Made by a program: the position numbers and the translations under genes. This document shows, in pieces, positions 49,197 to 57,077 of a DNA stretch of 64,000 bases. The stretch spans positions 8,365-72,364 of IMG/VR virus record IMGVR_UViG_3300049052_000033; one strand, 5' to 3'. The notes beneath the pieces are model-generated. The model saw only the letters and a program-made list of their open reading frames with translations. It was not told the DNA's origin and searched no databases. How positions within the stretch are numbered: position 1 is the first letter of the stretch; each line of letters opens with the position of its first letter. This DNA is from a virus (taxonomy: Duplodnaviria; Caudoviricetes).

Positions 49197-49475
49197 TTAG
49201 CCGGCGTCTGGCGTGCCAGGCTTGGCCTGCAGCATGCGGTGGGCTTCACCGAATTCGTGGGGTACGCGGCCGGTCTTATCGGGCAGGATATTCAGCATGA
49301 TGACGCCTGCTTCTTCCGTAAGCGGCACCGAGAACGCCGCCAGCATGCAGATATTGTGTTTCTTGCAGGTGTTTTTCAGGTGGTCCACGATTGGGGCGAT
49401 GTGGCGCAGGTAGACGAAAGAAGGATCGTCCTTGCCGTTGCCATTGCCGTTACCGTTGCCGTGTTTCTTGGTCAT
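49197..49475 (-). CDS. Hypothetical protein (92 aa) with GN repeat
   Basis: AAGGA RBS; TAAGGACCGCCCATG context. Confidence 0.65.
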   Translation of the reverse strand: MTKKHGNGNGNGNGKDDPSFVYLRHIAPIVDHLKNTCKKHNICMLAAFSVPLTEEAGVIMLNILPDKTGRVPHEFGEAHRMLQAKPGTPDAG

Positions 49476-49484
49476 GGGCGGTCC

Positions 49485-49661
49485 TTAGTTGGTCGAAGTC
49501 AGAATGTGCGGCGGCAGCGACGGATTTCCCGGCGATTGATACCAATAAACAACAATCACAACGATCAAGGCGAAACCCAGCGCAGTCAGCGCCTCGCCCC
49601 AAGTGGTTTGGTGCTCGCAAGGTGGTGCAGCGAATGGTGAAGTCGGGTATGCGGTGGTCAT
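49485..49661 (-). CDS. Small membrane protein
   Basis: One TM helix; start uncertain (49661 or 49706). Confidence 0.45.
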   Translation of the reverse strand: MTTAYPTSPFAAPPCEHQTTWGEALTALGFALIVVIVVYWYQSPGNPSLPPHILTSTN

Positions 49662-49819
49662 GCGCGGTTCCGTGCTGCGCGCCATGCGGTGCCGGCCAAC
49701 AGGCAAGCGGGCTTCCGTCCCGTTGAAAATGCTTGGTTAAAGGATGGCCGGACGGCGCCCGGGTCCTGTACGTTGCATCGAAAGTCCGCTTGCTTGTTGC
49801 CCGGCGTTCCCGCCGAGCG

Positions 49820-49838
49820 CTACAACAAATAGTTGAAG
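49820..49838. promoter_or_regulatory. Predicted repressor operator at leftward early promoter
   Basis: CTACAA-CAAATAG-TTGAAG, nearly identical to reverse complement of 53064-53082. Confidence 0.7.
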
Positions 49839-49971
49839 TTCAGCGAGTATATATCAATTTTTCGGTGTAGCAAGTGCTGCATTCCGGCAAACCTGAATTC
49901 CGTTATACAAAATCAGCTTTCAGGAGTTGCAAATAAGGCTATATACTTTGCCCGAAGCATTGGAGATTTAT

Positions 49972-50979
49972 ATGTCCCGGCTGCCCCTATACCGACACCC
50001 AACGACAACCGTCATTCTTGACGAGTCGCAGCACCACATTCACGCCGTGCCAACCGAGCTGGATACCCAGCACCCGACCGTCACCTTTACGAATGCGGCG
50101 GATGCCGTCGAATACATCACCGGGGCGCAGGCGATGATGGACCATGCACGCAGCCCGATTGCCCTGGATCCTGTGGCGCCGGCGGCTGGCGTTCCGGTCG
50201 GGTCGCTTTCGGACGGGCTCGACCACATTTACGGCTACGTGCAGGACCCGCAGCGATTCTGCGCGCCGGCAGTCGTGGTCGTTGAATACTCGCGCGCCGC
50301 CGGCGGGGGCATGGAGTTTTGCGAGGAAATCGCGCACCTGCCCGTCAAGTGCATCTGGCGGTCCCGTGCCGCGGAGCAGCACGATGGTATTGCGGCCTAT
50401 CAGCGCGGCCTGGTCAATCGGTTTGTGCAGCGCGAAGCGGGCTGGGCCAGCCGCGGCCTGTTGGAGTCCGTGGAAATGCTCGAGCACGAATACTTCGTGG
50501 AGCTATCCCAGCGCCTTCCGGGGCACATCCTTGATACTGCGTCCTATCGCTTCCTGCAGGACCCGGCATTTGCCTCCCTGGTGCAGGAGCAGGCCGACCG
50601 CTATGGATTCGTCGAGCACTACCTGTTCACGGCACCCAGCGGCCTGTTGTTTTTCGACGCCGATGGGCATGCCACCTTGATGGTCGTCCAGACCGAAGAA
50701 AGCTTGGCCACCCAGTTCGAAATCGCGCGTGACGCGCAGGCACCGGTGCGCCTGTTGCAGGACCTGTTCAAGTGCAGGGTGGTGCCGTTTTTCGGCACGG
50801 AGGATGGCATGTACTCCGACCAGCTGGAGGACGATCCATGCAGCTATTGCCAGCCGGCGCTCGTATGTCGCGGAAGCAGCGACTACTACTGGGCATTGTT
50901 TGACGTGCCGCCCGGTATGCGAAAGGGCCAGGCCTTCCCTTATGCCCGGTATCGCGAGACAGGCCCGCTACGCGGTTAG
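49972..50979 (+). CDS. LqsR/JqsR-like response regulator with degenerate receiver (phospho-Asp replaced by Glu)
   Basis: PTTTVILDES...RF...VVVVEYS...GMEFC...IAAYQRGLV.RFVQR...F.QD.AF...EHYL...G.LFFDADG architecture matches LqsR family as recalled; GGAG RBS. Confidence 0.8.
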   Translation: MSRLPLYRHPTTTVILDESQHHIHAVPTELDTQHPTVTFTNAADAVEYITGAQAMMDHARSPIALDPVAPAAGVPVGSLSDGLDHIYGYVQDPQRFCAPAVVVVEYSRAAGGGMEFCEEIAHLPVKCIWRSRAAEQHDGIAAYQRGLVNRFVQREAGWASRGLLESVEMLEHEYFVELSQRLPGHILDTASYRFLQDPAFASLVQEQADRYGFVEHYLFTAPSGLLFFDADGHATLMVVQTEESLATQFEIARDAQAPVRLLQDLFKCRVVPFFGTEDGMYSDQLEDDPCSYCQPALVCRGSSDYYWALFDVPPGMRKGQAFPYARYRETGPLRG

Positions 50980-50984
50980 GGCCG

Positions 50985-51881
50985 CTACGATAGAAGGCCC
51001 AAGCGCACCGCTGCATCGACAATCTGGTTGGTGGTCTCGACGCCCAGCTTTCCCTTGATCGCCTTAATGCGGCGGTCAATGGTCGGAATGCTCACGCCCA
51101 TGAAGGCAGCAATTTCTTTGCGCAGGCGGCCATTCTTCAGGTAGGCAATGATCTCCACGTCATTCGCCGGAATTCCGACTTCGTCTTGCTCCTGCGCTGA
51201 GGCCGCACGGGCAGCTTGCAATCGCCCCAGCAAGGCATGCGCGGCGTGGGCCAGCATGATCAGGTTTGGCTCCATTTGCGCCAGCTCGACCGGGTCAATG
51301 TCCGGATCTGCGCGCGATAGGACCAGAGTAGCCAGGCCGTCATCGGAGCGGAGCACCCAGCCAGAGCGAATACCGTGCCGGCTCGCCAGTGACCAGAACG
51401 CCGGGTTTTCTGCATGGCGTTCTCGCGCGGTCCATGTGGTTGGCCCTGTCATTTGGTTGACGCGTGGATCGATCAGGACAAGTTGTTCCCGATCGTAGGC
51501 CTCGCGCCATTCCCGCAGGTGATTGTGTTCTACCACCATGTCGCCTGGGTCGCGCGCAGAGTGGGCCACGCCCAGCGTGGTGCCGAAACCGAATTTCTCG
51601 CGCGCCAGCTTGGCGATCGCCGAAAACTGCTTGTGATCGGGCAGGTCTTGCAGTTCACGAATGATGCGTTTGCCCCACCGGTTGGTCCCGTCGCGGTGCT
51701 CGATCGGCAAGGTGAGCGGCGCGTCGCGCGCCTGGCGCTGCACTCGTTCCGCCGACAGGATGCGTTGATGAATGGTCTTGAGCTGCAGCCAAGGCTGCCA
51801 ATCGACACGGCGACGAATCCTGCGCAGCACGAAACTGGCGAACTCGCCGGCCGGCACCGGCATGCCCGTGCTCTCCGACAT
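50985..51881 (-). CDS. LuxR-family regulator with autoinducer-binding domain (LuxR solo)
   Basis: WREAY...IDP...W...FW..A..HG..SG and C-terminal LuxR HTH (EIAAFMGVS..TI...I..I..KLG). Confidence 0.88.
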   Translation of the reverse strand: MSESTGMPVPAGEFASFVLRRIRRRVDWQPWLQLKTIHQRILSAERVQRQARDAPLTLPIEHRDGTNRWGKRIIRELQDLPDHKQFSAIAKLAREKFGFGTTLGVAHSARDPGDMVVEHNHLREWREAYDREQLVLIDPRVNQMTGPTTWTARERHAENPAFWSLASRHGIRSGWVLRSDDGLATLVLSRADPDIDPVELAQMEPNLIMLAHAAHALLGRLQAARAASAQEQDEVGIPANDVEIIAYLKNGRLRKEIAAFMGVSIPTIDRRIKAIKGKLGVETTNQIVDAAVRLGLLS

Positions 51882-52360
51882 AGCGTAATGTTCGACGTGA
51901 TGCCATGCGGCGGGATGACGAACCGTCGAAGGCTATCATCGTAGTACCAGTGCCATCGGACCCACACATCCGGCTGATAGCTTCCACGCCATTCAGCGAA
52001 TCCCGCTATCAGGACCGGGAAAAGGCGCTTCAATTGCTCCAGCAGCTGGTCGTCCACGTCGATCGTCAGGCGGCGCTGCGCGATGCGCTTCAAGGCTGCG
52101 CGGGTCAGGCGCACTTCCTGGTCGTGGGTTGAGCCGGTCATGTCGTTGCCTGTGTGGCGAAATGCGTGTGGGGACGGACAAGCGGGTGTTACCAAGCCTA
52201 TCACGAAAGCTATCACGTCCTTGATAGTTTAAGCTCAGCTGTTACATTGTCACAGTGCGCTTAATTGATAGCTAACAGGTGTTGCCTTGGCGCCATCGGC
52301 GATGCCAAGATACTGACCTCGTTTCTTGACTTACATCAACAATCGTAAAGGTAGCGTTCG

Positions 52361-52621
52361 ATGAGTAAAGTGGTATCCCGCCTGACCCGCATTGCAACCG
52401 GTAGCATGACCTCTGATCGTACTGAAGCCGCGGCGCTCTACGCCCTGGCACAAGCCTATCGCCGCGCGTCGCGGGCCGATCAGGCCTATTTACTGGCGGT
52501 GGCCCAAGACCTGGGCCGTGGCGAAGATTTGGAAATGGAGCAAGTCGTGGCCCGCATGCCGGCGCCGGCTTCCCGTGGAAGGTTACGCTTGGTTCAGGGC
52601 GGCGGGCGGCAGAGCCGGTAA
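52361..52621 (+). CDS. Small protein resembling repressor C-terminal domain; candidate antirepressor
   Basis: Divergent from luxR, convergent on cI; L..[FY]R..[ST].A.Q..LL..A pattern shared with cI. Confidence 0.55.
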   Translation: MSKVVSRLTRIATGSMTSDRTEAAALYALAQAYRRASRADQAYLLAVAQDLGRGEDLEMEQVVARMPAPASRGRLRLVQGGGRQSR

Positions 52622-53029
52622 CTCCCCTGCAGGCTTTTTCTCAATCCGTGCGGCCGACAGCAGCAGCTGTCGCTGGCCGGCATCGGTGCCCATGCGGAAG
52701 TGGTGCAGCAGTTCCATCTCCTTCGTCCCCTCGACGAAAACCAGCAAATACTCCGGCTGCTGCCGACGCGGGCCGGTGGGGATCGTCTGGACCTGGCCAT
52801 CGATGTCGCCATACAACAAGTAGGATTCGGTCACCCCGAAGTGCATGGCCAGCTTGGTCAGCATGGCAGGGCGTGGAAGCTGCGGGCCAGTCAGCCATTT
52901 GCTGACCGCTTGCGGCGAAGTCCCGACGATGCGCGCAAGTTCGGACTGGTTGCCGTCGTGATATTCGTGCAGTAAGGCTCTGAGGCGGTCCGCGAAAGTT
53001 TCCGGCGCCTTCTCTTTCATTTGTTCCAT
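52583..53029 (-). CDS. cI: Phage repressor, XRE HTH, no S24 peptidase domain
   Basis: NQSELARIVGTSPQAVSKWL HTH; divergent from cro-like gene. Confidence 0.88.
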   Translation of the reverse strand: MEQMKEKAPETFADRLRALLHEYHDGNQSELARIVGTSPQAVSKWLTGPQLPRPAMLTKLAMHFGVTESYLLYGDIDGQVQTIPTGPRRQQPEYLLVFVEGTKEMELLHHFRMGTDAGQRQLLLSAARIEKKPAGELPALPPAALNQA

Positions 53030-53038
53030 TGCAATAGG

Positions 53039-53057
53039 TTACAACGTTTCGTTGTAA
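53039..53057. promoter_or_regulatory. Operator in cI/cro intergenic region
   Basis: Perfect TTACAACG-TTT-CGTTGTAA. Confidence 0.8.
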
Positions 53058-53063
53058 ATGGCA

Positions 53064-53105
53064 CTTCAATATTTTGTTGTAGAAACCCCTCTGTTGTTTT
53101 AATAT
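53064..53105 (+). promoter_or_regulatory. Second operator (53064-53082) overlapping pR-like promoter
   Basis: CTTCAA-N7-TTGTAG; TTGTAG-17-TAATAT. Confidence 0.7.
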
Positions 53106-53140
53106 TTTGGTTCAATAGTTTTTGCCAATGGAAACAGGAA

Positions 53141-53338
53141 TTGAGTACAGGAATAGCAAAGGCAGTGGAGCTTGCCGGCAATTCGCAGACAGGCCTCGCT
53201 AAAGCCATCGGGTTGACCCCGCAGGCCGTACAGCGCTGGGTGTCGCTGGGCCGCACTTCCGCGCAGGGCGCTGTGCTGATTGAAAAGGCCTACCCGGGCC
53301 GCATTACGCGCGCCGAACTCTGTCCGATCTTCGCCTGA
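53141..53338 (+). CDS. cro: Cro/YdaS-like regulator
   Basis: TTG start with AGGA RBS; SQTGLAKAIGLTPQAVQRW...I...E....ITRAELCP. Confidence 0.85.
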   Translation: MSTGIAKAVELAGNSQTGLAKAIGLTPQAVQRWVSLGRTSAQGAVLIEKAYPGRITRAELCPIFA

Positions 53339-53368
53339 CCTGGCACACACCCACCACAAGGATTTCGC

Positions 53369-53671
53369 ATGACCAACGAAACCACTGCAGTAGAGACTGA
53401 ACTGGAATTCTCGCGTTCCTCGCTACTTGACGAGGTTCAATTATCTCCGGAAGTGACCAGCCGGTCACGCAAGAATCAATCGGTAATCTTGCAAAAGATG
53501 CAGGAAGTGACGGGCGTTGAGTTGGCGGCCCGCATGGGCTTCCACGAATCCCAGATTTCGCGCTTCAAGAATGGCCCGTTGCAGTTCGCTGCCTGCCTGC
53601 TGGCAGCAGCAGGCCTGAAAGTGGTGCCGGCCGACGCCGTGGTCTATGTCAAGCCGACCGAGTACGAATGA
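53369..53671 (+). CDS. cII: CII-like transcriptional regulator
   Basis: ELAARMGFHESQISRFK...A.LLAAAGLKVVP resembles lambda CII; follows cro. Confidence 0.8.
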   Translation: MTNETTAVETELEFSRSSLLDEVQLSPEVTSRSRKNQSVILQKMQEVTGVELAARMGFHESQISRFKNGPLQFAACLLAAAGLKVVPADAVVYVKPTEYE

Positions 53672-53794
53672 TGCGTACTCCAGAGCAGTCGATTCCCACC
53701 TTGCCCCAGGTGCCACCGATGCCGATCGAGCCGGCGCACGTCATGCGGAAAGCTGACTACGCCCGGCAAGTGGAGCAATCCCGGTAACAGGGCG

Positions 53795-53822
53795 AAAAAA
53801 AGCCCGGCTGCAACCGGGCTTC
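53795..53822. terminator. Hairpin after cII (terminator-like)
   Basis: AAAAAAGCCCGG-CTGCAA-CCGGGCTTT. Confidence 0.6.
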
Positions 53823-53847
53823 CTTCCACTACTTGTATTCATTGCTC

Positions 53848-54177
53848 ATGAACATCAAAACTGTACCACAGCAGGCGGAGCTTTGCCGCAACCATGCCCT
53901 CACGTCGCTGGCGGCCCATTCGAACGGCCTGACCGTGCGCGAACTCCAGCAGCTGCTGCCCCCGAAGACCGTGCGCCAGCAGGACCTGCAGGCCGCCATT
54001 GACGTCCTGCAAGACGAAGGCGAGGTCGACTACGAGCAGCGCCGATCGGAAACCAAAGTGTACTTCCTGGCGAAGCGTCCACCACGCGCCCGTATCGTGC
54101 GCGTCGCCGCCCACTCACTGCCACCCGTGCAAATGGCCCCGCGTACCTGGTTCGCCGCACTGGGGGCCACAGCATGA
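53848..54177 (+). CDS. Hypothetical winged-helix-like protein
   Basis: 109 aa ORF; GLTVRELQQLL helix. Confidence 0.55.
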   Translation: MNIKTVPQQAELCRNHALTSLAAHSNGLTVRELQQLLPPKTVRQQDLQAAIDVLQDEGEVDYEQRRSETKVYFLAKRPPRARIVRVAAHSLPPVQMAPRTWFAALGATA

Positions 54178-54350
54178 TGTACGACCTGGCCCGAAACGAG
54201 CGGCAACACCGCGCCATATCCACGGAGAGCGTGTCCGGAGCTTATTCCCCTATGAAGACCTGCACGGGCGAGTGCCGCCGTCGCCGGTCCATTACCCAAT
54301 TCAAAAGCGGCAGCAGTGTGTGCATGCGCTGCGCCCGGAGAACTGCATGA
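54174..54350 (+). CDS. Small Cys-containing protein (58 aa, below ORF-track cutoff)
   Basis: ATGA overlaps at both ends; CTGEC...CMRC. Confidence 0.55.
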   Translation: MMYDLARNERQHRAISTESVSGAYSPMKTCTGECRRRRSITQFKSGSSVCMRCARRTA

Positions 54351-55435
54351 GTTTCTTGCACGTCATATCCGTATCGGGCGGCAAAGACAGCGCGGCAACG
54401 CTGCTGCTGGCTATCGCCCGCTTCGGCAAGCACACCGTCCGCCCGATTTTCTGTGACACCGGTAACGAAGACGACCACGTCTACGACTACCTCGACTATC
54501 TGGAAGACGTCACGGGACTGACGATCGTCCGCTTAAAGGCGGATTTCGCCGACCAGTTCCCACGCAAGCGCATGTTCATCGCCCGCGACGTCCGGACCCG
54601 TCGCGAGTATGACATCAAGCCCGTGGTCGACGCGGAGGGCAATCCGGTCTACCAGCGCGACGCGCGCGGTCAGATCGTATTGAACAGCAAGGGCAAGCCG
54701 GTCCAGAAACAGCGAAAGGTGGGAGGCGGTCGACGCGTGCGCTGGACCAACAAGGCCAAGCGCCGAGCCTTGGCGGCGCTGCACCCGACCGGGAATCCCT
54801 TCCTCGACCTCTGCATGCTGAAAGGGCGATTCCCCAGCCGGCGCGCCCAGTTCTGCACCGAGGAACTGAAACGCAATATCGCGGTCGAGTACCAGCTGGA
54901 ACTCATGGACCAAGGCTACACGGTCATTTCGTGGCAGGGCGTCCGTCGCGACGAGTCCGACGCCCGTAAGGACGTGCGGTCCGTGGAGCGCGTGGGTCCA
55001 CAGTTGTGGATCTATCGCCCCATCGCGGCCTGGACCGCCAACCAGGTATTCATCTACTGCGCGTCGCAAGGCGTTAAGCCGAATCCCCTGTATCTGCAGG
55101 ATATGAGCCGTGTAGGCTGCATGTACTGCATCAACGCCAACAAGGATGAAATCCGTGCAGTGGCGCTGCGCTTCCCGCAACATCCGCGGCGCATCGCCGC
55201 GTGGGAAATGATCGTCTCGCGATGCTCAAAACGCGGGTTCTCCACCTTCTTCCACAAGGTCGACGGGCTGACTGGCTCCCCGGCGTCCATCTTTGAACAG
55301 TGCAAGATTGAAACCGTAATGCAATGGGCCAAAACTTCACGCGGCGGCCGTCAATTCTCGCTGCTGACGGCGTTGGAAGAACCAACGGGATGCTCGTCCT
55401 CTTACGGGCTGTGCGATGCGGCCGCGGCGAACTGA
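54347..55435 (+). CDS. PAPS-reductase-family protein
   Basis: SVSGGKDS PP-loop, DTGNE, GVRRDES..R, RPI..WT, RVGC..C. Confidence 0.88.
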   Translation: MSFLHVISVSGGKDSAATLLLAIARFGKHTVRPIFCDTGNEDDHVYDYLDYLEDVTGLTIVRLKADFADQFPRKRMFIARDVRTRREYDIKPVVDAEGNPVYQRDARGQIVLNSKGKPVQKQRKVGGGRRVRWTNKAKRRALAALHPTGNPFLDLCMLKGRFPSRRAQFCTEELKRNIAVEYQLELMDQGYTVISWQGVRRDESDARKDVRSVERVGPQLWIYRPIAAWTANQVFIYCASQGVKPNPLYLQDMSRVGCMYCINANKDEIRAVALRFPQHPRRIAAWEMIVSRCSKRGFSTFFHKVDGLTGSPASIFEQCKIETVMQWAKTSRGGRQFSLLTALEEPTGCSSSYGLCDAAAAN

Positions 55436-55449
55436 TGGAGGGCCTGAAC

Positions 55450-56298
55450 ATGGAAATTACACGTCCAGCGCTGCGGTACCACGGCGGTAAATTCCGCCTT
55501 GCCGACTGGATCCAGTCGTTCTTCCCTGCGCATACCTGCTACGTCGAACCGTTTGGCGGCGCCGCCGGCGTCCTGCTGCAGAAAGAGCGCTGCTATGCCG
55601 AGGTCTATAACGACCTGGACGGTATGGTGGTCAACTTCTTCCGCGTGCTGCGGGACCCAGTCCTGCGTCAGCGACTGATGGAAGCTGTCGCCGCGACCCC
55701 TTATGCACGTGAGGAATTCAGCCTGGCGTGGGACGACGTCGAAGATCCGATCGAACGTGCACGGCGCCTTTGCATTCGGGCCCAGATGGGGTTCGGTTCG
55801 GCCGGCGCCACCAAGGGCAGCACGGGCTTCCGCATCGACACCAAGCGCGAATATGGAACCGCCCAGCACTTGTGGGCGCAGTACCCCGCGACGCTGGCGG
55901 CCGTCGGCGAGCGCTTCGCCGGCGTCCTGATCGAGAACAAGCCGGCCGTTGAGGTCATGCAGCAGCATGACGCGGCGTCAACCCTGCATTACGTCGACCC
56001 ACCATATGTGCACTCGACCCGCACTCGCCCCAGAACCGGCAGCTATCGCCACGAGCTGGATGACAGCGACCATGTCGAGCTGCTGACCGCGCTTAAGCAA
56101 TTGAGCGGCAATGTCGTGTTGTCCGGGTATGACACCAGCCTCTACAACGACCTGCTGCCAAGCTGGCGCAAGCACTCCACAAGCGCGCGCATCAGCGGAT
56201 GCCAGGGTTCGGAAATACGCCATGAAGTGGTCTGGATCAACCCGCGCTGTTCCGAGGCCTTGGACGCCGAAGCCGCCCAACAGCGACTGTTTGCATAA
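55450..56298 (+). CDS. DNA adenine methyltransferase (D12/Dam class)
   Basis: YHGGK, YVEPFGG, YNDLD, DPPY; GGAGG RBS. Confidence 0.92.
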   Translation: MEITRPALRYHGGKFRLADWIQSFFPAHTCYVEPFGGAAGVLLQKERCYAEVYNDLDGMVVNFFRVLRDPVLRQRLMEAVAATPYAREEFSLAWDDVEDPIERARRLCIRAQMGFGSAGATKGSTGFRIDTKREYGTAQHLWAQYPATLAAVGERFAGVLIENKPAVEVMQQHDAASTLHYVDPPYVHSTRTRPRTGSYRHELDDSDHVELLTALKQLSGNVVLSGYDTSLYNDLLPSWRKHSTSARISGCQGSEIRHEVVWINPRCSEALDAEAAQQRLFA

Positions 56299-56345
56299 CA
56301 ACATTACTAGCGGCAACGCTGCAACCCAAGCAAGGATTTCGTTTC

Positions 56346-57077
56346 ATGAGTATTGCATTGATGACATTGGCATGGAAAAGCGCTGCGCCCGCAGGCCAGA
56401 AGATGGTCTTGCTGGCCCTGTGCGATAACGCCAATGACCAGGGCGAATGCTACCCGTCCATTTCGATGCTGGCCCGTAAGTGCAGCATGGCCGAACGCAC
56501 GGTGCAGAACCACATCGCGGACATGGAAGAAGCGGGCATCGTGGTGCGCGCCTACCGTGCCGGCCGCAGCACCGTCTACCACATCGACCCCCGCAAATTC
56601 TGCACCCCCGCAGATTCTGCACCCCAGCAAAATCCGCATCCCGCCCCCGCAAAATCTGCACCACAACCCCCGCAGGATGTGCACCCCGCCCCCGCAAAAT
56701 CTGCACCCATAACCACCAATGAACCACCAAAGGAACCATCAGGTAAACCGTCAAAGCGCGGCAAGGCCGCGAATGCGTCCTTCGACCCGATGGCTGCCCT
56801 GTTGGCGGTAGGCGTGTCCGAAAAGGCTGCGCGGGATTGGCTGCAGGTCCGCAAGGCCAAACGCGCCCCGTTGACCGAAACCGCGCTGGATGGCATCAAG
56901 ACCGAAGCGGCCCATGCCGGACTGTCCATGCAGGAAACGGTGGTGCTGTGCGTCGAAAAGAACTGGCAAGGCTTCTTTGCGTCCTGGGTCGAGCCCAAGT
57001 CGGCCCCCGGGCATGGCAGCGGAAAATTCAATCCTACTGCCCATGTGAACCGCAACCGCCATGGGGGTGCCGCGTGA
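56346..57077 (+). CDS. Phage replication initiator with N-terminal HTH
   Basis: KMVLLALCDNANDQGECYPSIS.LARKC.M.ERTV; conserved C-terminal WLQVRKAK...W.GF. Confidence 0.85.
   Translation: MSIALMTLAWKSAAPAGQKMVLLALCDNANDQGECYPSISMLARKCSMAERTVQNHIADMEEAGIVVRAYRAGRSTVYHIDPRKFCTPADSAPQQNPHPAPAKSAPQPPQDVHPAPAKSAPITTNEPPKEPSGKPSKRGKAANASFDPMAALLAVGVSEKAARDWLQVRKAKRAPLTETALDGIKTEAAHAGLSMQETVVLCVEKNWQGFFASWVEPKSAPGHGSGKFNPTAHVNRNRHGGAA

Noticed and set aside
49431-49461. TTGCCG-type hexamer repeats as CII sites or a contingency locus
   Set aside because: They encode the GNGNGNGNG run inside the 92-aa gene
52239-52255. CTGT-N9-ACAG as SOS box or lux box
   Set aside because: Spacing is one base too long for both CTGT-N8-ACAG and CT-N12-AG consensus
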